Of a stretch of DNA of 64,000 nucleotides, positions 24,200 through 34,519 are shown one piece after another. The translations under genes and the position numbers were made by a program. Numbering within the stretch: the first letter of the stretch is position 1; each line of letters begins with the position of its first letter. Location: the NCBI GenBank assembly GCA_025594325.1, contig JANHCV010000018.1, positions 1-64,000 on the forward strand, in the 5' to 3' direction. Origin of the DNA: Blastocladiella emersonii ATCC 22665. Taxonomy: Eukaryota > Fungi > Blastocladiomycota. The notes under the pieces are model-generated. The model searched no databases, was not told where the DNA came from, and saw only the letters and a program-made list of their open reading frames with translations.

Positions 24200-24866
24200 T
24201 CAGGCAAAGCTGAACAAGGTCATCTCGTGCGGCAGGTGCGAGCCGTTGACCGTGGTCACGGTCACGGACTGGCCGTCGGCGCTCGTCGTGGTCTGGCTCG
24301 ATATCGACCGCCAGTTGCCGTGCACGGTGCTGCTCCTGCCGCCGCTAAACGTGGCCGAGTGGTCGATCAACGTCTCCTGAGCGGGACCGGCGGAAGCGTC
24401 GTCGCCGAACCCGGAACCGAGCGCGAACACGTCGCCGTGGTTGCCCAAGAAGGAGGAGGAGGAAGAGGTGCGTCCGTGCCGCCCGTGGCGGTGGGCCAGC
24501 AGGCGTCGTGCGCGTTGCCGTGCCAGGCGCCGTATCCGCTGGCGTGGTCGTGGGTCGGGAATGAGGACGACGCCTCGTGGTACGAGTAGCCCATCGGGGG
24601 CCATCCCGCGTGGTTACTGCTGAAGGTGGTGGACCCATGGGCGTCAAACTGGTCGTTTTGGCGGTGATCGACGGGCACGCCGTTGACGAGGGTCGTGGTG
24701 TGGGACTCGCCGTTGGGCAGCGTTGTGGTCGACGTCCACATGGACGAGGAAGAAGACGTGGCGGAGACCGAGAAGGCGGCAGCGGGAACAGGTGCGACAT
24801 CACCGTGCAACTGCTGCTGTGACTGGGCCAGCCGTGACTGGAGCTGCGAGTGGAGCTGCGCAGCGT
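24200..24866 (-). pseudogene. 5'-truncated, frameshifted Ser/Thr/His-rich gene body with two TTTxxxG..TxVNG motifs
   Basis: MWTSTTTLPNGESHTTTLVNG and ISSQTTTSADGQSVTVTTVNG lie in different frames. One missing C near 24505 (CAC GAC GC CTG CTG GCC) would join them. Confidence 0.6.
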
Positions 24867-24871
24867 ACGGG

Positions 24872-25048
24872 TTAATATGTCGTCGGTGCTTCGGGCGTGA
24901 CTCCCTCCTGGACCACGGGTATTGCTGGTTGGGCGGGGTAGGAAGCGGCGCGATCGACGAAGGTGACGGCCGCTCCGCGAGCGGCGAGCTGCGAGTCCAG
25001 CAGGCAGCCAATGCTTCCGGCGCCGATGACGTGCAGCCTGCGCAACAT
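24872..25048 (-). pseudogene. Truncated paralog of the ketopantoate reductase 5' end (58 codons, then TAA)
   Basis: MLRRLHVIGAGSIGCLLDSQLAARGAAVTF...VVQEGVTPEAPTTY* versus intact MLSRLHIIGAGNIGCLLGSQLLARGTAVTF...VVQHGVAPDAPTTSL. Confidence 0.92.
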
Positions 25049-25117
25049 AGTTTAGCAAGTCTGATCAAGTTACATGAAGCCCGAGCTGCAAGGAGGGAGA
25101 AGACATGACGGCGGCCC

Positions 25118-25172
25118 CGAGCCTTGACGGCGAAGCGGAGGCCGAGCATCACGCGAGTGGCGGAGCACGTCT
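25118..25172. promoter_or_regulatory. Conserved core of the duplicated bidirectional promoter (right copy)
   Basis: 22-bp and 26-bp blocks identical to 14717-14771. Confidence 0.7.
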
Positions 25173-25209
25173 CGTTCGGTCCGCCCTCTCCAAACTCTCT
25201 CATGCAACC

Positions 25210-27887
25210 ATGGATCGCGCGCAGAAACCGCCGCTACTCGATGCATTCGACCTAGTCTTTGTGTTTTCCTACCCGGGTCAAGTACGGAGCGCCCTCCGCC
25301 CACGCCCGCGTGCCCTCGCTGATCGGCTTGCCCGGCGATAGAACACAGAAGCGTTCCTGCGCCGCACCAACCTGGCGACGGTGCACCGCGTCGTCAACGT
25401 CTACGAGGAGTGTGCTGGCCGCTCGCTGCGCCAGATCGCCGCCCTAGTCCATGCTCGGCTCGTCGACGTACGTGCCGCTTCCGCTCACCACAGCGAACGA
25501 TCGAGCTGACCCGTGTCCGACGCTGTAGCGTAACCGCCTGGTCCTCATCTTCCCAACGCCCGGACAGGGCGTCGTCGCCAACTACCTGTCCGCGCTGCGG
25601 CGGCTCGGGTCCGCGAAGCTCGGCCCGACGCGTGTTGCGGCGGTCCGGCCGGTGATCCCCGACTCGCTGTTCGTGCCGTGGGCCGTGGAGTGGGCGCGCG
25701 CGGGAACGCTCGACGGCGAGCCACGGCTCGCCACGGCTTTCGCCATGGACCCGGTCCCGTGGATCGAGCTGGCGTCCGGGATGCTGCCCGTGGCGGGCGA
25801 GGACGACGACGAGGCAGTCACGCTCGTGCGCCCGACGGCGATGCTCGAGGCGCCCGGCGGGAAGTCGGCGTTCACCATGTCGGTACTTGATTCCCCGCTG
25901 TCTCGGCCGATGCGATCTCGAGCTGACCTGTTACTCTGCACAGGCTCTGATCCTCGACGGCTCGGACGTATTCGTGGGCAAGCAGCTCACTATCGACGAC
26001 CGGTTCCTCGTGCCGACACAGCTATGGTGCGCCGAGTCGACGGCGCACGGCGGGCGCGTGATCGTGACGTGGAACGTCAAGGCGCGTCCGATCCCGGCGT
26101 TCATGGTGCAGCACGCGGCGACCAAGCTGTCGGCGGCGCTCGGCAACGTGCCCGTGTACGTGCTCGTGGTGGCGACCCCACCCGCCGTCCACGCCGCCGC
26201 TGTCCCCACCGCACTCGCCGCCGCACCGGGCGCGACACCAGCTCCCGACCCGCTCATCTTTGTTCCGTCGGGCCAGCTCGCGTGGCTGCAGCGGCGGCAC
26301 CGGCTCGCGCTGCACCGCACGCTGTTCGTGTCGTCGGCGCTCATGCAGCCGTGGATCCGCCGCGTCGAGCCGGTGCGGTGGGCGCAGGTCGCGACCAAGA
26401 ACCAGCTGCGCCGGCTCGTCGAGACGCTCGACGACGGGCGCGCCGCGATCCCGGCGTGGACTGCCGGGGTGGTCGACTCGAGCGAGGTCAAGTTTGGGCT
26501 CAAGAGGTACGCTTACTCTCGCCTGCCACGATAGACGATTCGACTGACGCGCTGTGCCAGTAGCTCCCCGCTGTACCTCCCGCTGTACCGCGACGACGGC
26601 AACGTGGCGGCGATGAAAGAGGACGCGGACGCGCTGTGCGTCTTCCACTCGCTGCACTGCCCGGACGCGGCGGCGCTCAAGGCGTGGCACAAGCAGCTGA
26701 CCGAGGCCGCCGAGCGCGCCATCCTGTACCGCCCGCGGCGCCCCGACGACATTGGCCTGTACGGCGCCGGGTCGCAGTCGCAATCCCAGTCTCAGTCGCA
26801 GTCGCAGTCGACGCAGGTCCAATCCCAGTCGCAATCGCAGTCCCAGTCGGCGTACAACAACGCCAACACGCAGTTCGACACGCAGGTCGACAACCCGCCC
26901 GAAGACCGGCTCGTTCTGGGCGACGACGAAGATGAGGATGACGACGACGAATCGCCCGTCGCCCCGCCGCCCTCGAGCCAGTCTTCGCAGCGCAAGCTCC
27001 CGTTCTCGTCGCAGGCGAGCACCGCGTCGCGCAAGAGCGGCGGCGGCGGCGGCGGGTCGCCTCCCCCGCGCCGCCTCATGTCGCGGCCCAGCAACACCAC
27101 GGCGGCAGCCCCCGCAGCCCCGCGCACCCTACCGCCCGCCGTGACGCCGAAACAGCCCTCCTCCGCGCGCGCGCCCGCGTCCACGCCGGCAACGGGCTCG
27201 CCGCCGTCCCCGCCGCCCAAACCGGCAGCCAAGCAGCGGCGCGCGCGCAAGTCCAAGACCGACAGCCAGGAGGCGGCGGCCATTTTCTTGCCGCCCAAGA
27301 GCGACGACGAGGACGAGCCGCGGCTGCGCCGGCACACGGGCGAGGGCGGCGGCGCGCGCAAGCGGCAGCGGACCGAGGAGTATGGCGCCGGTGCCGGGAG
27401 CAAGGGGCTCGAGTCGGTCGACCTGCTGCGGTTCGTCGCGCCGGCGCCGCCGAGTTTGAGCTTGAGCGGGTTCGTCCCGCCGACGCCGAGCGCGGGCGGC
27501 GGGTTGATCGCGCCGACGCCGAGCGCCAGCGGATCGGTCGTGGCGACACCAAGTTCGAGCGGGTCCGTCGCGGCACCGTCGAGTGCCAGCGCGTCGCTCA
27601 CGACAACGCCGAGCGCCAGCCGGTCAGCTGCGCCGTCGCCGAGCGTAGTAGCCCGGCCCCCGTCGGCAGCAGCGGGGATCCCGATCCAGCGGGTGAGCGC
27701 GACCACGAGCGCGGCCGTGTCGGGTTCGGATACCGACACGGACACGGACGACGGTGGGGCGGTACCCGCGCCGAGACCTACGCCGTCGACTGTGGTCCGG
27801 CCGCTGTTCTCCCTGTCGGCGATCATGACGCAGGTGGCGGCGGCGGGCGATGGAGGCGGCGAACTCTCGGGCTCGGACACGGAGTGA
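25210..27887 (+). CDS. Degenerate polynucleotide-kinase-like + HAD-IIIA-phosphatase-like protein with SQ/TQ cluster and disordered tail (5 exons)
   Basis: Introns at 25282-25341, 25468-25528, ~25883-25943 and ~26508-26572 give a continuous ORF. The gene itself is well supported; the domain call is a by-eye alignment to PNKP/T4 PNK/GmhB motifs. Confidence 0.65.
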
Positions 27888-27993
27888 GGTCAAGAACACA
27901 CAAAGCGCGGAGACGAGTTGTATTTTGCATTATGTACAAGGGGGTGTGCGTGTATCAAAGGATATCCAGCTACTACCTGCGAGCTACGCTACG

Positions 27994-29445
27994 CTACTCT
28001 GTCGTCGAGACGGACGACACGGACGCGGGCGACGCGTCGATGAGGCCGCGGACGGGCGCGGCGGCGGCGGACACGGACCCGGGCACGGGCCGCGCGGCGC
28101 GGGCCTTCTGGAGGCGCTTGAGCGAAGCGGCGGCGGCCTTGGCGCGCTCGGCGGAGGCCTTGCGGGCCATGTCGGCGCGGAACAGCTCCATGGACTTGAG
28201 CGTCTGGCGGAGGCGCGAGGCGAGCACGTCGAAGGTGATGTCTACGGGCTGCCAGTCGAGGTGGTCCTCGCCCTTGCGCGGGATCAGGTCCTGCAGGAAC
28301 ACCTCCATGTGGACCGACATGTCGACGAGGCGGCCGCACAGGATCATGGGGTCGCGGCACGGCGACGCGTCGTGGTCGGCGCGCACCAGCGACATGCCGT
28401 CGGTGCCGTACACGATGCGGATCGCGTGGTTGTTGCGCGACTCGGCGGGCACCACGGCGGCCACCTCGGGCCGCTGCTGGTAGTAGGGCGCCACGTCGCT
28501 CGTCACCGTGGCCGGCGCGAGCGGCAGGTCGAGCGCGGCCGAAGTCGCCGCCGACGCCGAAGAGTGGGGCGGCGGGTGCGGGTCGGGGAGCGGCGTGGAC
28601 GTGACGGCGAGCTGCGACGGGCGCAGGGCGCGCGGGGCGTCGGTGCCGGCGGCGAGGACGTGGCGGTGCGGCGACAGCGGGTCGATATCGGCGGCGGTGG
28701 TCATGGAGCGGCGGAACAGCGGCGTCGGGGCAGCGACGGCGGCGGCGGTGCCCGAGAGCGGGTGCAGGACGGCGGCGGGGTCATCGAGGTACGACGAGTT
28801 GGCGGTGCCGAGGAACAGGTCCGGGTACATGGCGGCGGCGGTGGCGGGCCCATCGGCGGGGCCGAGCGGGTCGCTGAGGGTGGGCGGGCCGAAATCGAAG
28901 GCGGGGAAGCCCGAGGGCGACGTGGAGGTCAGGTCGCGCAGGTAGGCGTAGTTGAGCGAGGCGACCGACGCGGGCAGGGCCGCGGCCGTGGCGGTGCGGC
29001 GGTACGGCGGGAGGGCCGGGTTGGCCGAGGCCGAGGCGGCGGCGGCAGCAGCGAGCGGGTTGGCGGCGGCGGCCTGGCGCAGGAGCAGGTCGCGGTCCCA
29101 GGCGAGAAAGTCAAACGCGGCGCTCGAGGCGAGCGGGTCGGCGACGGGCGGCGGCGTGAGGCGCGGCGGGTACGCGTGGCCGTAGCGGGCGCGCTGCTGC
29201 TGCTGCTGATACTGCTGCTGGTGGTGGTACTGGGCCTGCGCCTGCTGCTCCTGGTCGTGCTCAAAGAGCGAGATGAAATCCTGGTTGCCCATGAGCGTGG
29301 CGGCCACGGTCGAGGGCGACGGGAGGATGGGGGCGGCGGCGGTGGACGTCGTGGTGGCGGTGGTGGGGGCGGCGGCAGAGACGGGCTCGGCAGCGGCGGT
29401 GGTGGTTGACGATGAAGATGACGACGGGGGAGAGGACGAGTCCAT
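27994..29445 (-). CDS. Hypothetical protein: long low-complexity N-terminus, ~110-aa ordered-looking C-terminal region
   Basis: Single long GC3-rich ORF starting MDSSSPPSS, ending with NHAIRIVYGTDGMSLVRAD...VDITFDVLASRLRQTLKSMELFR; no family recognised. Confidence 0.7.
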   Translation of the reverse strand: MDSSSPPSSSSSSTTTAAAEPVSAAAPTTATTTSTAAAPILPSPSTVAATLMGNQDFISLFEHDQEQQAQAQYHHQQQYQQQQQRARYGHAYPPRLTPPPVADPLASSAAFDFLAWDRDLLLRQAAAANPLAAAAAASASANPALPPYRRTATAAALPASVASLNYAYLRDLTSTSPSGFPAFDFGPPTLSDPLGPADGPATAAAMYPDLFLGTANSSYLDDPAAVLHPLSGTAAAVAAPTPLFRRSMTTAADIDPLSPHRHVLAAGTDAPRALRPSQLAVTSTPLPDPHPPPHSSASAATSAALDLPLAPATVTSDVAPYYQQRPEVAAVVPAESRNNHAIRIVYGTDGMSLVRADHDASPCRDPMILCGRLVDMSVHMEVFLQDLIPRKGEDHLDWQPVDITFDVLASRLRQTLKSMELFRADMARKASAERAKAAAASLKRLQKARAARPVPGSVSAAAAPVRGLIDASPASVSSVSTTE

Positions 29446-29822
29446 GGTGGAGACGCAGCGAGTCTTTTGAAGGTTGCAATGCGCGACTTGGGCGATGAGA
29501 GATGCGCGCGATGGCGGGCGGGGCGATGATGGAGCGGGAGACGGCGGCGGCGTGGGACGACGGGGCGATCGTCGACTGCAAGGTCGGCGGCCCGCCGGTG
29601 CCATCATGCGGGGGCCGCCGCTGCGTTGCCAGTCGAGATCGGGAGCGGGGGAGCGCTGGGTATCGGCGATCGGGAGCGACCGCGACCGCGATGCCGACCG
29701 CCGAACCGACCGCGTTCCCGGTCACGCTGCGTCACCTGGTGCGCCACTCACTGCTCGCCGTCCCTGCCATTTGCTGCCCTTCATCGCTCCCGCGCTGCCC
29801 TCTCCCCGCTGCCCGCAACCCA

Positions 29823-31391
29823 ATGGATCCCATGCACACGCCCGCCGCGGCACCCGACGCAACGGCACCTACCAACGCAGCCGCCCAACACGACGACGCC
29901 CCGACGACGACCGCCATGGTCACTGCCGCCCCGTCCGCCGCCTGGACCGCTGCCTCGGCCGCCCTGCGCGGCAAGCGCATGCTGGCCCCCATGGTCCGCA
30001 TCGGCACCCTCCCGCTGCGCATGCTCGCCCACGACTACGGCGCCGGTACTACCGCGTCCCCCTGTCCTCGCGCGACTTGGCTCGGGCGGCTAACCCACCC
30101 TCCCTCCCTCCCAAAGACTACGTCTACTCGCCCGAGATCATCGACAAGCGCATCATCGGGTCCGACCGCGTCGTGAACGAGCTGCTCGGCACCATCGACT
30201 ACGTCAAGAAGGGCACCCTCAACTTCCGCTGCCTGCCCGCCGAGAAGCCGCGCCTCATCTTCCAGATGGGCACCGCCGACCCGGACCTCGCCGTGCAGGC
30301 CGCCCAGACCGTCGCCCAGGACGTGGCCTACGTCGACGTCAACTGCGGCTGTCCCAAGTGGTTCTCGATCCAGGGCGGCATGGGCGCCGCGCTCCTCTAC
30401 GAGCCCGACCGCCTGTGCGCCATCCTCGAGGCTCTCGTCGCCCGCGCCGGTGTCCCCGTCACCTGCAAGATCCGCATGCTCGAGGACGTCGACAAGACCC
30501 TCGCTCTCGTCGACCGCATCGTCAACACGGGCATCGTCGCCCTCGCCGTCCACTGCCGCACCCGCCACATGCGCCCCACCGACCCCGGAGACTGGGCCAT
30601 CTGGTCCGCCATCACCGAGCGCTACGCCCACCGCCTCCCCATCATTGCCAACGGCGACATTTTCGAGGGCGAGGACATGGACCGTGCCATTGCCCAGGCT
30701 GGTACGCCGTCTACCTTATTTTGGGATTTGATCTCGCCCACTCACACTCTGTCCTCCCGCACATCCAGGTGTCAGCAGCGTCATGCTCGCCCGCGCCGCG
30801 CAGGCCAACCCGTCCGTGTTCGCCCACCCAGCCCCGCTCGCCGACATCCACGACGTGATCCGCCAGTACATCCGGTACGCGATCAAGTACGACTCCATCT
30901 TCCAGAACGCCAAGTACGTGTTGCTCCAGATGATCCCCGAGCCCAAGTCGCCCATTGGCCAGCGCCTCATCAAGTCCAAGTCGCTGCGCACCCTCGCCGA
31001 GATCTGGGACATGGAGGACGAGCACGACCAGCTCGTCGCCGAGCGCGAGGCCCGCCGCGCTGAGCTCCTCGCCTCCGTGGCTGCCGCGCCCGCCGCTGCC
31101 GTCACTGCGCCTGTGTCGGTGCCGGCCGAGGAGGAGATCACGTCGCCGTCCAAGAAGCGCGTCGAGCGCGACGAGGAGGTCGCTGCGCCCGCACCACCCG
31201 CGCCCGAGATGGACGCCGACAAGCTGCTGGGCCACGTCGACTTCAACAAGCAGGGCGGCGACGAGTCCGAGTGCCCGTACATCCCGCACCCGATCTACAT
31301 CCCCACCAAGAAGCGCAAGGTTGAGTCCGACGCGGCCGAGCCCGAGGCGGCGGCGGCGGCGGCGGCACCAGCACCAGATGCCGCGGCCTAA
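29823..31391 (+). CDS. DUS2: tRNA-dihydrouridine(20) synthase (Dus2/Smm1), 3 exons
   Basis: MLAPMVRIGTLPLR, YSPEIID, LIFQMGTADP, VDVNCGCPKWFS.QGGMGAALL, VTCKIR, AVHCRT, IIANGD, MLARAAQANPSVF. Confidence 0.95.
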
Positions 31392-31459
31392 CCCCTCACT
31401 CCCCAAACCTGTACACGTTATAGCAATAGTAGCACTAGTGTATTCACCTTCATCGGACC

Positions 31460-32086
31460 TCACGACGACCACCCGCCGCACCGCGCGCGGTCCAAGCTCT
31501 CGCGCCACCGCTCCATGACGCGGGAACAGTCAAACTCGGGTTTCCCGAGCCGCAAGTTGACGTCGTTGTGCATGACGCACATCCACTCGCTGAGGGCAGC
31601 GCGGCTCTCGGTCTTTGGCGGCTTTTGGGCGACGTACTCGCGCAGGTGGTCCGCGCACCACCCGCACGGGTACAGTGACGCGACCGACGCGATGAGGGAC
31701 GTGGCCGCGGCCTGCTGCGCCGGCGTCGGGGTTTCGGGAAAGTACGCCGCCGTCGTGTGCAGGAACGTCCACGAGTGCCGGCCGAGCTCGATCGAGTCTA
31801 CACTTGCTGGGGTCAGCGGGCGGGTGTCGCGGGTGGGGAGGGGGCTGTTCGTACCGGGAGGACACGGCGTCTCGGGCTCGTAGTCGCCCCACGCCGCCGC
31901 AGCAGCGGTGCTGCTGGTGCTGGCGGGAGCAGCAGTGCCCGGAGCCGACGACGATGAGGAAGAGGACGACGAGTCGGGCTGCTGCGACGTGCTGTTGCCG
32001 GCCTTCTTTTCCCGGGTCCACGACTTGAAGTCGGTGCACACGCCGCACGGCTTGCCGTCGGGTCCGAGGGGGAGCGCGCCCTTCAT
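31460..32086 (-). CDS. ERV1: FAD-linked sulfhydryl oxidase Erv1/ALR
   Basis: N-terminal shuttle [39 protein letters not shown] and [20 protein letters not shown]. Confidence 0.95.
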   Translation of the reverse strand: [208 protein letters not shown]

Positions 32087-32304
32087 TTGAGTATACGTTG
32101 CAGTTTGCGTGTGTGGGGAGAGAGGAAGGGGGAGCTTCGCGAGCAGTTGTTGATCCCTCTCGCCTGCTGCTGACGCGAGCGTCCCAGCCACGCCGGCACG
32201 CGACCATGGCCAACACGGCGCGATGAATCTGGAGCCAAGTCCCCAGGGGGCGCCGACTCCGATCGCCGCTCTCCTCGTCCATGTAATCTAAGCAGTTTCC
32301 AACC

Positions 32305-32809
32305 ATGAACGCCGCCGCGACCCCCGCCTCGCGCGCCCAGGTCCTGAACCTGTACCGCCGCATCCTGCGCGTCCACCGCCAGTTCCCGACCCCCGAGCTG
32401 CGTTTCCTTGGGGACCGGTACGCGCGCGACGAGGTACTCGCTGGTTTCTGCAAGAGTCGAGGCCGTGCGTGATGCTGACGCCGTGCCACAGTTCCGCCGC
32501 CACGCCGAGGTCGACAACCCGACCTTCATCAAGGGGTTCGTGTCGCAGTGGACCGACTACGCGGCCGAGATGGAGCGCCAGCTCACGACCAAGGGTACCG
32601 TCGAGGGACGCCCGCTCGAGCCCGAGGTGCTCGACAAGGTGCGTGCGATCTGTCGCTGCTGCGCGTCGTGGATCAGCGACACTGACCAACCGATCGCCGC
32701 GCTCCCGCATCGCATCGCATCGCATCGCATCGTGTAGATGACGGACCAGCAGGTGGGCCAGCTGTGGGAGCTGCGCGGCGAGACCCGCAAGCCCAAGACG
32801 CCCGTCTGA
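32305..32809 (+). CDS. SDHAF3: Succinate dehydrogenase assembly factor 3 (Sdh7/Acn9, LYR family), 3 exons
   Basis: LYRRILRVHR...LGDRYARDEFRRH...FVSQWTDYA...MTDQQVGQLWELR. Confidence 0.92.
32707..32731. repeat. (GCATC)5 pentanucleotide microsatellite in SDHAF3 intron 2
   Basis: Read directly from the sequence. Confidence 0.95.
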
Positions 32810-32857
32810 TCTAGAACCGATGAACATAAATTGTATACAGTTTCTCTCCCCATCACC

Positions 32858-34228
32858 TCACCCGTCCTGCGACGGCTGCGGCGACTCCTGCCCGCGCGCG
32901 TGCGGCGACGGCATAACGGGCGTGCCGACGACGATCCCAGCGGCCGTGGTGGTTGCGCCGACGACGGGGAGGACGACGGGCGGGGCGCCGACAGCGAGGC
33001 CCGACGGGTCGACGATGGGCGCGGGCGCAATGGTCAGGTCGGGCGGCGGGACCGCGTGCGCCATGTACGCAGCGATCACCTGGCACCCGGGCCCGCACGC
33101 CTTGTGGGCGACGAGCTGCGCGCGCAGCAGCAGCACCGTGTCGCGCACCTGCGCCGCCTCGGCCAGCAGCTCGGCGTTGCGCGTCGACGTCTCGACATAG
33201 TTCTGCTCCAGGTTTTGCAGCGCCTCCTTGCGCTTCTGGCGGCACTTGAGGGCTACAACGGGGGATCGCGTCAGAATCTGCCGGCCGCGAACTCGCGCGT
33301 CGCGTAACCGTACCAGCCTGGCGGTTACGTTCAAGAAACTTTTTACGCTTGCCGTCCTGCTCGAGAGCGGGGGACGACGAGCCCTCGCCAAAGCCCTGGA
33401 CCTCGCCGCCGTCACCGTCCTCGGCCGCCTCGGTCGATGACTCGGCCGAAGCAGCCGCAGCAGCAGCAGCAGCAGCAGCAGCCGCCCTGCTCGCCTTGGT
33501 CGACTTGACGGCCGTCGTCTTGGCCTGCCCGCCGCGTGTCCGCAACTGCTTGGCGGGCGGCTCGGGTGCGGCGGCATCGTCATCCGCGCCAGCTGCCGCC
33601 GCCTTGCGCTTCCGCCGCGTCGTCGCCGTCGTGGCGGACTCGGGCTCCTCGAGCGGCTGCTCGGCAGCCTTGGTCGCCGCCTTACGCTTTGGGCGCGACG
33701 AGGCAGCCGATGTTGCCGGCTCGAGGGCTGTTGGTGGCGCCGCGGCAGCTGCCCCCTCGTTCGACGACGCAGCCTTGTCGGCATCAGCCGACTTTGGCGG
33801 CGGGAGCGGGATGAGGGGCGAGAGCGGTTGGGGGAAGAGCCGCGCCGAGGCGCTGCCCGTGAGGCGGGTCAGGACGTGCGCGATCCCGCCGGCTGGCGCG
33901 GCGGTGCCCCCCGCAGCAACATCGGAAGCGGCGGCACTCTGGTCGGAATTGGCGGCAAACGAGGCATCGAACGGGTCCGGGTCGCCCTGCAGCGCGAGCA
34001 CCGACGGCGTGAACAGCGACGGCGTCGGGATGCCCGGGTTCGACGAGGCCGGGTCGGACCCGTGCTGGACAAAGCTCGATGGGGTCGGAATGTCCGTGTG
34101 GTCTACACGGGCACCCGGAGGGATCAGCAGAGGTCGCGGGAGAGGCGGTGCGGCTCGCACGCACCGAGGAAGCCGCCGGGCGCGGGCGGCATGCGGATGG
34201 TCCGCGGTTTTCCGTCGGCGGGGTTCAT
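32858..34228 (-). CDS. ATF1: Atf1/ATF2-CREB family bZIP transcription factor, 3 exons
   Basis: bZIP KRKKFLERNRQAALKCRQKRKEALQNLE...LLRAQLVAHKAC and N-terminal DPDPFDASF, resembling the Aft1 EPNPFEQSF motif. Confidence 0.85.
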
Positions 34229-34519
34229 GGTCGTGCTCAAGGTGGGATAAAATTCAAGGTGCAGCAAGTTGGACGGGCTCAATCGCGATGCATGGCAGAG
34301 GTTCGGTGGTCGAAGGGAGAGCGTCGACCAGAATCAAGCGCTGATTAAAGCGGCGCCACACACACGTGCTCGACGCGCGCACATGTCGGGCGAGCGCCGC
34401 TCGGCGGGACCCGCCGGCCGCACCCTCGGCGGTCTGCCCGCGGCCGCCCCCAACTCTCTCGCGCCGCTCTCCTCTCTCCCCGATCCGCGCTTCCTTACGA
34501 TACACTCATACGGAGCTAC

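Larger units (their letters stand above)
24866..25400 (+). repeat. Right copy of the ~550-bp diverged direct repeat
   Basis: Aligns with 14460-15025. Confidence 0.9.

Noticed and set aside
14460-25400. Interpreting the repeat-bounded interval as an LTR retrotransposon, Starship or other intact mobile element
   Set aside because: The repeats are host gene and promoter sequence, not TG...CA LTRs. No RT, integrase, transposase or tyrosine recombinase ORF is visible.
31800-31856. Erv1 appearing as one continuous ORF with an extra 19-aa insert
   Set aside because: The insert is a 57-nt stop-free GTACGA...GCTGAC...GTGTAG intron; splicing restores the canonical CPPDxxELGR. Regulated retention is possible but unsupported.
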